From Candidatus Danuiimicrobium aquiferis (GTDB taxonomy: Bacteria; Omnitrophota; Omnitrophia; Omnitrophales; Danuiimicrobiaceae): a stretch of 64,000 nt of DNA. Position 1 is the first letter of the stretch; each line of letters begins with the position of its first letter. The stretch covers positions 15,857 to 79,856 of the forward strand of contig MHFR01000053.1 of assembly GCA_001804285.1 (NCBI GenBank), written 5' to 3'. The notes beneath the pieces are model-generated. The model did no database searches. It was not told the DNA's origin and saw only the letters and a program-made list of their open reading frames with translations. A program made the translations under genes and the position numbers. Shown one piece after another: positions 1-11,000 of this stretch.

Positions 1-40
1 TTGAAATTCCGCATTTTGATAAAAAAACCTGAAGTCTCAT
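1..40 (-). CDS. 5' end of an unidentified gene running off the left window edge (13 codons visible: MRLQVFLSKCGIS...)
   Basis: ATG at 40..38 is preceded by AGGAGG (revcomp of 45-50) with a 5-nt spacer. The reading frame is open to coordinate 1. It is too short to assign a product. Confidence 0.3.
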   Translation of the reverse strand, partial: MRLQVFLSKCGIS

Positions 41-57
41 GTGTTCCTCCTGATTTA

Positions 58-110
58 TAAAAAGGGGACAGGTCCTGCGTCACTTGAGTCAGGACCTGTT
101 CCTTTTTTCT
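58..110. terminator. Hairpin-A family palindrome (aaaaaggggacaggtcctg ... caggacctgttcctttttt), bidirectional intrinsic-terminator-like, downstream of aguA
   Basis: Roughly 17-bp inverted arms with a 12-nt loop, flanked by A-run and T-run so either strand gives a stem followed by a U-tract. It lies between the aguA stop (124) and the next gene start (40). Confidence 0.5.
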
Positions 111-123
111 TTGAGAACCGGTC

Positions 124-1260
124 TCAAGTACCCGGTTCTGCTGCTTGCTGCTGGGTCACGCAGTGAATCGCACCGCCGCCGACGAGCAGCGCGCCCGACG
201 GGACACCCACTACGCGCCGCTTCGGGAAACATTCCCGCAAAATACCGAGCGCTCTCGAATCATTCGAGTCCCCGTAAACAGGAACCAGAACGACTTCGTT
301 TCCGATATAAAAATTGGCATACGACCCCGGGAGTCTTTTTTCACCAGCCATGATTTTTCGAGGCATCGGCAAGCGAATGAAATTGAGCATCCCCATATTT
401 CCGGCGCGGTTTTCTTCGAGAATCCTCCAATTCCGCCGGATCATGTCACAATTCACGTCTGTCCGGTCATCTTCGTCAATCATCACCAGGGTATTTTCAT
501 TCACAAACCTTGCTACATTGTCGATATGCCCGTCCGTATCGTCGCCGAACAACCCGCCGAGTAGCCAAATGAATTGCTCAATCCCCAAATGTTCTTTTAA
601 AATCCGCTCGAGTTCTTCGCGCTCCGTTCCGTAATTCCGGTTCATATTTAAAAGACATTGTTCCGTCGTGATGAGCAACCCTTTTCCGTTCACGTCAATC
701 GAGCCGCCTTCCAGAACAATTCTCGGCCGAAAACGCGGCATATAAAGATCGTCCGAAAGAATCTCGGGAATTTCATTATCGGCAAGCTGGCGATCATATT
801 TAAAACCCCACGCATTAAAAATCCAATCGCAATAAGCGGATTTGCCTTCGCCGTTCAGTAAAAAGGTCGGGCCATAATCCCGAATCCACGGACCAACGGT
901 TTCAATTTGGTGGAAGAAAATATTGCTGACAATATCATGCCTCTTCAATTTTTCCACCACTTCATCTTCTTCAGATTGATCATCCACCAAAAGGTGAACT
1001 TCTTCCGCCTGGTGAAGCTCCTGAATCATCTTGAGATAGATTTCTTCCACTTGAATGAGTAATTCATCCTGCCAGGTTTCGTGGTCATGCGGCCAGGCAA
1101 GCCACGTCGAAATGTGGGATTCCCACTCAGCCGGCATCCGGTAACCGAGCCTTTTAGGAGTTGACGTATTTTCGTATTCAGGTAATGACATAAAATTGAT
1201 GGTTTCTATTTTTTCAACATTCGTGCTTAAATGTCCAATGTCCAAATCCTCAATGACCAA
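124..1260 (-). CDS. aguA: agmatine deiminase (porphyromonas-type peptidylarginine/agmatine deiminase family)
   Basis: 378-aa ORF. It has the N-terminal motif MPAEWESH...WLAWPH typical of AguA, and a C-terminal GGGAIHCVTQQ carrying the catalytic Cys. TTG at 1260 has GGAG five nt upstream. An alternative ATG (MSLPEY) at 1191 gives a more typical N-terminal length. Confidence 0.8.
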   Translation of the reverse strand: MVIEDLDIGHLSTNVEKIETINFMSLPEYENTSTPKRLGYRMPAEWESHISTWLAWPHDHETWQDELLIQVEEIYLKMIQELHQAEEVHLLVDDQSEEDEVVEKLKRHDIVSNIFFHQIETVGPWIRDYGPTFLLNGEGKSAYCDWIFNAWGFKYDRQLADNEIPEILSDDLYMPRFRPRIVLEGGSIDVNGKGLLITTEQCLLNMNRNYGTEREELERILKEHLGIEQFIWLLGGLFGDDTDGHIDNVARFVNENTLVMIDEDDRTDVNCDMIRRNWRILEENRAGNMGMLNFIRLPMPRKIMAGEKRLPGSYANFYIGNEVVLVPVYGDSNDSRALGILRECFPKRRVVGVPSGALLVGGGAIHCVTQQQAAEPGT

Positions 1261-1422
1261 GGAAGCTCCAATGTTTCAATCCCCAATTTTGACTTTAATT
1301 TTTTGGGATTTCCCTGCGTCATTGCGTGCTTGGACATTAGGATTTTCATACAAGTGAACTATTTCAGTTCCAGTCAGTCAATTTAGCCCATAAGGTAACC
1401 TTAGGCGGGAATACTTGCAAGC

Positions 1423-1476
1423 GAAAAAGGGAACAGGTCCAGACTCAAGTGACGCAGGACCTGTCCCCTTTTTTTT
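1423..1476. terminator. Hairpin-A family palindrome (gaaaaagggaacaggtcc ... ggacctgtcccctttttttt), terminator-like, immediately 3' of giant gene 1
   Basis: Inverted arms plus a T8 run. It sits 19 nt downstream of the TAA of the 13,117-aa ORF. Its loop is the approximate reverse complement of the loop in the copy at 58-110. Confidence 0.5.
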
Positions 1477-1494
1477 GCTTCAAACCGGTTTCAA

Positions 1495-2050
1495 TTATGC
1501 GGCAGAACCGGTCAGCTGCTCAGAGCGGATACCTTGAGCGAGAACGTGAATCACAAGATCCAATGCGCTCAGCGCGTCCCGGCTTTCCACCTGAATACGG
1601 TCGTCATGCCGCCTGAGCCATTCAACGGTCTTCTTGGAAAGCGCAACGAGTGCCGCCGTGAAAAGCTGTGCGGCGGTCCCCGTCTCTTTCTCGCCGCGAT
1701 AGCTGAACGGGACTCCGTTCGCATCCTGCCCCGCGTCAAACATGAGGCCCTTGATGCCGGTTACCGCAGTCGCAATGGTAATCGCAGGGTCATTTCCGAA
1801 AAATGTTTCCGAGTTGGGAAGCATTTTATTCGTGAAAATAACCTGCATCTGTTTTCCGGTCACCGAAATAATTCTTCGCACCGGATCATCCTGATTCACC
1901 GGAATGTTATCCATCACCGGCTTCAGCGATGACGGCATTGAAATACGCGGAATAATATGAAGGTTTGAATTTGCCGCCTGGCTCGCGAAGTCATGCAATT
2001 TCCGGACCACCGATTCGGCCCTTGCAGCGGCAACTTTTCCCCCTCGCCGC
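1495..2050 (-). other. conserved C-terminal domain shared by all three giant proteins (gene 1 copy, most divergent)
   Basis: ...FTAALVALSKKTVEWLRR...LAQGIRSEQLTGSAA aligns with ...LLLAGMGLLSKKDIDG...KDALAKAA in gene 2 and ...LLAAAVVLLSKQEIAGL...EEAMKRAA in gene 3. Confidence 0.5.
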
Positions 2051-5000
2051 GACTGCGAGGACAGGTCGCGCGCTTCGGATGACATCATGGCTAAATCTTC
2101 TTCGCTGATTTTGTAATCAACCATTGTCACTTCTTTGATTGACTGAATGGCTTCGGCAAGGTCCGTCGCACGGGCGAGATTTTCTTCGGTAAACGGATCC
2201 GTAGAATCATTCATCCTGTTGATTTCACTCACAACCGCTTGCCGCAATATGGACAACGCTTCTTCGTAAGTCATTCCGGAATTTCTTAAAACTGCCAACG
2301 CTTTTGTAAAACCCGAAATGTCTGTTGCGTCCGGCGTGCGGAGGAAAACCCGGTCGATAATCTCGCTAAATTGAGTTCCGGGTTCCGAGTTTAAAGTTTC
2401 GAGTTTACCGAAAAAGGGGACAGGCAATCGCTCAACTTGAATCATATGCCTGTCCCCTTTTTGTTTGGAACCCGAAACTCGAGACCCGAAACTGTTTTCA
2501 TTGCGCACTTCCGATCTTCCTAAGTCATTATCCGACAACGGCTTAGCGCTCCATCCCAATTTCTGAAGCGCCGCCTCCGATTTTTCATCCTGAACCTTCC
2601 GGTACATCTCAACCAAACGGTCGGCGTTCGCCGGATTAAATTCAAGGAGCATCGCATTCCCTGCAGGACTCACATGAACATCCACCAATTCCCGGAGCCC
2701 GTCGAGCGGTTCATCGAATGTCGGAAGTGACATCACGTCCAGAATCCATTCAAGGCCTTTGACCAGGCTGAGAGGAGAAGGAAAAAGATTCCGGAAATTC
2801 TCGGAAGCTTGTTGAAATTGATCGAGAGGAATGTCATACAGCACAAAATGCGGCTGAAGTGAAAATTCAGGGAAGGCCCCAACCAAAGATTGATTCATGC
2901 TTTCAAGGCTTTGAAGCAATGCCTCCGGTGTCCGCAATTTCTTTCCTAATCCCCGGTAACGTTTCCCCACCAAAAATCCGTCGGGAGGAATCCGGCTGAC
3001 GAGTTTCGGCGCCCGGGCTTCGCGCAAAAGATCTTCCTTCACCAACTCAGCAAGTTTTTGAAGCACCCGGTTTCCGTTCTGATATCCAATGCCATCCTTT
3101 TTGCCGTCCCCGCTCTGAAGCCTATGATATGCGCGGCCGGCCGATTTCTTTTCTAAAATCGCGTGCTCCGCAAAATAATCCCGGACGGACAGCAACATGA
3201 GGTTGTTCATCCTTCCATGGGCTAAATGATGTTTAAACGTATCCATATCCAGCGTCTTCGTTAGGGGATCCGGGTGAGCGCGAAGCATCCCTTCTTCGGC
3301 CTGTTTCGCTAACTTTTTCTGTTCAAGCGCTTCTCTTAACTCAACCACTTTCTGACTGAAAGCCTCGGAGGATAACCGTTTGCCTTCGGGAACGATATTT
3401 CCGATCCATCCTATGGAAGAAAGGACATAATTTTGATTCCGGCCGTTTTGTTTTGCTTTTGAAAGCGCATCGTTCGCGAAGCGCAATCCCCATATATAGA
3501 ATTCATCCAGCCGGTCTTCGCGAAGCTTACCGGCCTCGTCGACCCAATAATTCGAACCGGAAAAGGGGACAGGCATATTACTCAAAAGAGAGCGATTGCC
3601 TGTCTCCTTTTCCATATCCGTCGTCTGCGTGACCAAATAATCAAGCACTTGCTTGGCGGAAACAGCGCCGAGAGAAATGGTGAGGATATTTTCAAACTCA
3701 ACTGCGAGCAACCGCCCGGACGGAAGTTTTAATTCGTTCATGAGTCGCGCAAGTTCGACGCGTTGAAAAAACGTGCTGTCAGGGGAAGATGTCATTCCCA
3801 CGGAAGTGGGAATCCAGCTGGATCCCCGCGTACGCGGGGATGACACTTCTGAGATTGCTTCGACAATATTCTGACCGCCATCTCGCAATGACACGCCGGG
3901 GCCTTGTTTCCTGACCAGCAAATTAAACCCATTTCCATGCCGGACCGCCGCGACGATATATTTCAATCCCATGGTTCGGATCATTTTCTGGAATTCCTGG
4001 ATGTCTTTTTCTTTGTAGCCTTTTAAATCAAGCCGGTAAATCGCATACCGGTTTTCAAATGCCTTTGTGTATAACCCGACCGGTTGAGAAACAAATTCAG
4101 ATCTTCCCATTTTGGGACCGGCAAACTCCAGCACCGCTTCGTCTCCGCCGACATAGCGATGGATCTGCCCTTGCATGACTTGATTCAGGATTTCCCGCGC
4201 TTCACGGTATAACGAGACATTCGCGATGATGACATCCGGCGACGGCTCGTTTCCAAGCGTTCCGAAAAAGCGTTTCCCGAGCGCATCATTCCGGGCACTT
4301 AATAGATCGGAATCGATCATTGAAAAATAAAATTGGTCAAGCGTACCGGCTTTTGCGTGCATTTTGAGTTTCTTAAGATGCTCGACTTCACCCTCCGCCT
4401 GTGATGTAAGCGGATCCGAGGATTCAGTGCGGACTTCAGCTCTGAATTGAGTTCCTAGTTCCGAGTTTAAAGTTTCGAGTTGATCTGTTTGTCCTAACCC
4501 GAAACTCGGAACTCGAAACTCTGAACTATTTTGCAGACGCACCTCTCCCCGTTTCCTTATTGGTTCTGTCACCCCACCATTGCGCATTCCCGGTGGAATA
4601 AACGCATCAACAACGCCGGCTTCCATGCCAATGTTCTGATAAAACCCGTGGTCCGGCTGAAGTGGAACGCGAAGCGTAACGACATTTTTCGGCGTCGCCG
4701 GCGCGAGATATCCTTCGTCCATTTCCCTGAAAAATAAATATTGCCAACCTGCCCCATTTTTCTGAACAAGCTTAAGAAAATTGGTTTCATTGGGATCAAC
4801 TGCTTGCAGTTCGCCTTGGGGATCCACCATGCCAAGCATTCTTAATGCCTCCCCGGCCAAAGCAAATTCAGGATAACGAAAGGATACCGGCGTCAGCATC
4901 CGATGCAAATCCCTCAGCGCTTCCACGGACCCCGCATACGCTTTCACGAAATTCATCACGCTCGGTTCGGCTGCTTCGCGCTTTTTTCCTCTTCCGTCCG

Positions 5001-8000
5001 GCCCTACATCATACTTTTCATCAATCGCTTTTTGAATGGCGCCAACTTCATTAAAGACGACGAGTACTTTTATATTCGCATGCACAAATTCTTCTATCCT
5101 CACCACTGGTTTCGCCAGCAAGCCCTCAATCAGTTTAATGCTTTCGCGCAAACTGGTAGTAAACCCCGAACTTACGCCGACTTTTAATTTACCGGCCCTT
5201 TCCCCCAAAGAAACAAGATTTCCACGGAGCTTGAGCAACTCTCTCTCGGGAGTCACAACCTGCTGCTTGAAATACGCAAAAAGCGCTTTCTCGGAAATCG
5301 CCGGATCGGCGGGCTCAAAGAGTTCGGAATCAACAGGAGCTTCTGCCGCCTTTTCCGTTTCAGAGAGGGAACCAAATCGCCGTTCGTAATTTCGCATCAC
5401 AAGTTCTTCCGCGATTTTCCAGTTGTCACGAAGCTTGAATAAAATGGTCCGCGCACGCGCGCGTTTTGCCCCGTCTTTCTTGAAAAATATGCCGATGAAA
5501 CGCCCCACCTGCGCGAATTCGCTTTCCGAAAGCCCAATGGTTTTGATCTGAAAAAATTCACGCGCTTGATTATACGCTTCACGAATAAAGCGATATTCGT
5601 CCAAACCAAGTACGTTAAACGCCGCATTAAACGAAGCCATCACCAACACTTGCCTCTTATCAGGACGAACCTGTAAACTCTCTTTCCCAATTTCCGCGGA
5701 CCGATAAAACCGGCTATACGATTCATTCAGGTTCTTCCTCAGAGCCGCTTTCCCGCTTTCAGATTTATCCAGGGCTTGATACATCGCAGGAATTTCCTGC
5801 TCTAAGTCTTTCAGAAAACGGTCAAATTGTTCTTCGGAAAAAGACAAGTCCAACGATCTCTGCTGGTTCGGCTGTTTGTATTTGCTGAGCAATTTGAAAA
5901 ATCTATCCTCCATGATAAAGACGCCTTTCGCCAATTCCACTCCGAAAGCCGGGGGAAACAATCCGGAAGGCTGCATGAGCTTCTCTGCGGGCGACCGCGA
6001 AAGAACAACACCGACCCCTCGCTGAATTTCTCCCAACTCGGGAATCTGCATCACTTGAATCAATTCCGGCGCAACAGGATTTTCCGACAAATATTGTTTT
6101 TCGGGCATCAATAAATAGGAATAGCCGGTATGTGCCATCAGCTCCGGACCCGAGAGGGGCTGGGGATACGTTTCAAGATTAACACGCAATCCGGTCTCTC
6201 GAATAGACCGGAAAAAACCGCGCTCCGGAGTGGCAATCAAATTGTCCTGCTTATCTCCGGAAACAATCCCGATCATCAGATGCGGCCCTTTCTCCGGGAC
6301 ATCGACTTTCAATAATACCGGTGCTGTATCAAACACCAACTCTTTCGAGAGTTCGCTGAGCGCGTTGTAAGCACCCACATATCTTTTATTGACCACAAGC
6401 ATTTGCATTCTCGGCATAAAACTTTCCGGTTTATACCGTTTGTTCATCGATTTGCGTGCGCTGGCGCCAAGTTTTCTCAGATTATTTTCCAAACGATTAA
6501 ATTCCGATAAAGCCACATCCCCGGAGCTTTGCGATCGTATACGATCAATCATCTCCGTGCTTTCTTTGTAAGACGCTCTGAGGCCATAACGGTCGTCTAA
6601 TCTTCCGGATTCCGGATAAATTCGCATTTCTTCACAGGCGTTTTTCAATTCTTCTACGGCTTTCGAAACCACTTCCAATTTGTCCTTGCTCACCGTGACG
6701 GACTGCGCAAAAAAGGCATCGATTGCCGTTCTTGCCTCGTCAGCATTTGCCGTGTCAAAAGTACTGCCTGCCGGAATTTTGGTCCGCACGGTGAAAACTC
6801 CGGCCGGAAATGAAAACGTTGGTTTTTCCCGTTTCGCGTCCGCAGCAGACGCCGCTTTAGCCTGTTCGAATGCTTTACGATTTAATACAAAAATATTTTT
6901 CGGCGAAATATCCGGAAGCGGAAGTTCATGCCCCATCACCAAAATTTGCCAACCCGGCGTCGCCTGAAACATTCCATCAAATCCGCTAAACCGGACCTGT
7001 TTCGATGAATCTTCAATATCGGTATAAACAAATGTTTCAAAATTCGCCCGGTAAATTTTCCCGGACGAATCAACAAGACCCATGATAAAGACCGGTTTAT
7101 CGGCTCCCAGGGTGGGGATTTCAAATCCGGGAGCACGGTACTTGATAAAAACGCTGGCGATGTGGTCTTGATACTGCCGGGTCAACGCATTATCTCCCGC
7201 CTGAAACAAATCGATGGCGCGATGATCCATAAACTGTTTGCTTTCAAATAACCACGCTGCTTCGCGGCGTGCTCCGGTCACATATTGATTCATCTGATCA
7301 AGCACTTGAATGATCTTGAAAAACGACGCATGCCCCTTTTGGTCGATCAGCTTCTGTAATGCGGCCGATGCGACCGCGAATTTTTGATCGAGAGAATCTG
7401 TAGCATTCGGATTATTTTTCCGGTGCCAGGCATTCATTTGCCCCATCGCGGTTTTTATAATTTCCAATGCGTTTTTGGGAACAGAAAAAGGCAATCCATA
7501 ATATGAATCAAATACCCTTTTCGCGACAACAGGAGCTGCGGGCGTTAAATAGTCAGAAGATTTTTCCGCTGCTTTATCTTTGTCCAATTCTAATCGCAAA
7601 TTGACACTTTGTTCAGACGCTTCAAGCCCGACGACAAAACCGATGGCTTGCATCATTTGGGCCGGTTCACTGAGCGAAATTTGCGTCACTTGAGAATCCG
7701 ACATGAAATAATCATTCCAAATGAGTGATAGCGAAGACATTCCGAGCGGCGTAGCTTCCCGATCGAACACTTGATGATCGTAAATAGAGGGACTCGCCCA
7801 TAAAATCGTGTGCATTTTCCCGTCATCAATAATTAAAAAGAGCGGCTCGGACTTTCCCTTCCCCTGCTTCGATCGCCAATAGACTAATTTTGCGACGGCA
7901 TTTTCCGGAACCTCGAGGGCGAGCGGACCGGTCAATTGTTTCGCATTCAACTCAACCACTTTATAAAAAACTTTTTGCTGTCCACGCGTTTTTGAAGAGA

Positions 8001-11000
8001 CCGTGTACGTTCTCACCTTTTCGACCTGATCAATTTGGAGCCTTTTGGCCGGTTTCTTCTCTGCCTCTTTCGCTTGAAAGGCTTCAAGAATATCGGCTCC
8101 CCACAAAGGATACCGGGAATCCGCCTCTCTTGATTGCGTGAGCCATATGGCAGAAAAAGCTTGTTGAAGCACCCCTCCGGCATCGTGTCCCGGTTCAAGG
8201 AAAGATTTCGCAACGGAGTCCACCACGTAAGCATACATCCCGGAAAAATTCAATATAGGCGCCGGCGCACCGGTCAAAAGTTCGAGTTTCATTTGGCGCA
8301 AGACTTCGTCGGAAGGCCTCGATAATCCGGCCAAAGCTTCATGCAATTTAGGTAAAATTTCTTCTTTCGTCACAAAAATTTTCTTCGGGGCTTTGGCCAT
8401 CATCTCTTTCACAGAGACATACCTCCCTGCAAGAACGTCTTTATTCAAAGCACCGGCTCCTTCCATATTACGGGCTAAATTAATTTGTTGCGCTATCTCC
8501 TCCGCCGTTTTGTTCTCTAATTGATCGAATAGCTGTCCTTGCTCCGGCGTCAGGCTTTCACGGGGAATCATTAAATTCAATAATGCGGCTGCGTCTTTGG
8601 CCCGGTCCGACAAAAGTACCAGAGGGCCTTTCGAAACACTCGCACCGATGGTTTCAAAAAAGACATTAATGGAATCCCAGAAATCAAATTCAAATGCCGG
8701 CGAAGTGGCAAAATATTCACGGATAATACTTTGATCCGTTTGAAATTTTTCGATCACAATCGATACAAATGCCAGGAGCGCAATGGCATCCGCTTCCCAC
8801 CGTTCGAGCAGCGTCCGTTGATCGGGAGAAATCTGTCCTTCGCGAATTAACTTTTGCAGATTCCGCACCGTTTTTTCCATGGTTAGGAATATTTCAATGT
8901 TTCCTTCAAAGCCTCCGGCCTCATCGTTTCTGTTGAGCACTTCAAAGATCGATATTTCCTGTAAATTGGTCTCGGCGCGCAAAGACGGATCGGCAACAAT
9001 CCGGTCCATGTGAGCCGCATGCATGGCCATCGGCGAACCGGTTTCCTTTAATTCGTCGACGGACTCTGAAATGGCCGTTTCGATCGCACCGATCGCCTGC
9101 GTGGCTTGCGTTTTTAATGTTTCAAAATCATTCGTCTCGCGGCCCGCAACTAATTTTCCGATCATGGCTTTGGATTTTGTATCAAAATTCAGGATATCAT
9201 CTTCTAATGTAGCTATCCGCGCCGGATCTAACGTTAACAAAGGATGAACCCGGGACTGTATGACGCGAAGTTTCGCATCCAAACTTGTTTTCGCTGCGGC
9301 AACACGATCTTGCAATTCGCGAGTCAGTTTGCGATTGAACTTCTGGGAAACCACTTGGGCGCGCTGGCTTTCAAATTCCCGCGCTTTGTCTTCCGACACA
9401 ATCCACTGCTCCGAAATATTTTTGCTCTTGTCGCCGATCGCTTCATTTAATTTCGCGACAAATTGAACCTTGGCGTCCCGGCTTAATAATCCCATAACAC
9501 CCACCGGCAGGTTCTCCATACGGACTCTTCCGCCTTCAATATCAGCTGCCAATTCTTTAATCCACGCAAGATGATCAATCCCTTTGCTGCGTTCTTTTGC
9601 GGCTTGCGCAGCAGTCCGGAAGCGTTCGGGAAACTTCGTAAACGTATTCGCATTTGCCGCCACCAACGTGATTTCAGAAACTTGTCCAAAATACGGAATC
9701 TCGACCGGCTGCTTGAACCGGAGCATGATCCGCTTCAGCCAGTATTGTTCGTTTTCAAGCACGACTTCAATATTTCCGAAATCCGTTTGCCTGCGAAGCG
9801 CCGCGGGGACAGTTTGATTGGTATTCAATCCGGGAATTATTTCCAAGCCCAGATTAAAGGCCTGATTAATTTCATTCCACCACACAAGCTGCTCGGCCGA
9901 CCGGACGGGAATCCGAAGGACCGACCGGGGATTTCCTTGCGAACCGGCTGCGGATCTCAACTGTTCGGGAAGCGTGACCAAAAGTTTGTCAAAAGCTTCG
10001 TCCTTGGACGTGATCGAATCAAGCTCCATTACCCGGATGTTGTCAAAAGAAAACCATTCAAGAAAAATTTTGATGAACCGGTCCGCATCGTGATGGAAAA
10101 AACCCGCCTCTTTGATGAATGATAAAACACCAAAAAGTGTACGACCGATTTCCCCTTCGCTGTGCGAATCAATCCATGAGTCCGTAAACATTTTCCGCAC
10201 CATTTCAATCAATAAATCACGTCCGGCATAGTCACGGGAGATATGTTGATCGAGGAAACGGTTCAGGTCTTCCGTGAAAAGTTTTGCGTTAAATTCCATT
10301 TGCTGGAAAGCGGCGTCCATCCCGCTCTGAGCGGAGCCGGGCAATGCGAGCGCGATGGTCCGTAAACTTCTTGCGATATAAGGAACCAAATCAGGTTGCG
10401 CCTTGGCCAGCGCCATGAGCTCATCGAAAGAGGCCCGGACTTCGCTGCGCTGTTCTTCCCGAATTTTTTCGGCAAGTTGATCGACCTTTTCTAAACCATT
10501 ACGATTCTTCGGCGAAGCCAATAAATTAATCGCGGCCTGGTCCAGCTCATCACCGGCCGAAATTAATATGTGTTTTAATTTTTTCGTAAGCCGGTCCACC
10601 TTTTCTCCGCTTAAAAACCATAAAACGTCGACAGCCGTTCGAATGCCCGAAGCAGGCTCCCCGGACGCGGCGAACCGGCTTAATCTTTCCTGGATTGTTT
10701 TTTCAATTGAATCCCGAAATCCGGAAAAACCTTTTTCACTGTAGATCGATCTCAGAAAAATAAGTTCGGCTGCTATCGGCGAACCATCTTCATTCTGCTC
10801 AATCGCTTTTCGAACGTCCCGAATCACTACGATGCCAACCCCGGCGCTGAGCGGTTCGAGCACTTCGTCAACATACCGGTGGACCGTTTCTTCTTCGGTA
10901 AAAAGATGCGCAAAAACCCTCACTTCTTCAAAAAGTTTCCGGACCTGCTCGAATGAAATGTCCGGCTTAGCCGCAAGATCATGAACATACCGGTACATCT

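Noticed and set aside
84-353. Plus-strand ORF 84..353 (89 aa) upstream of or overlapping the aguA 3' end
   Set aside because: It overlaps the terminator hairpin and the well-supported minus-strand aguA. It has an Arg-rich low-complexity translation and no RBS.
1261-1422. Sigma70 promoter for aguA in the 160-bp spacer
   Set aside because: Only weak candidates were found (TTGACT...TTCACT). Nothing comparable to the clear TTGCAT-N17-TATACT promoters of the giant genes. It is left unannotated.
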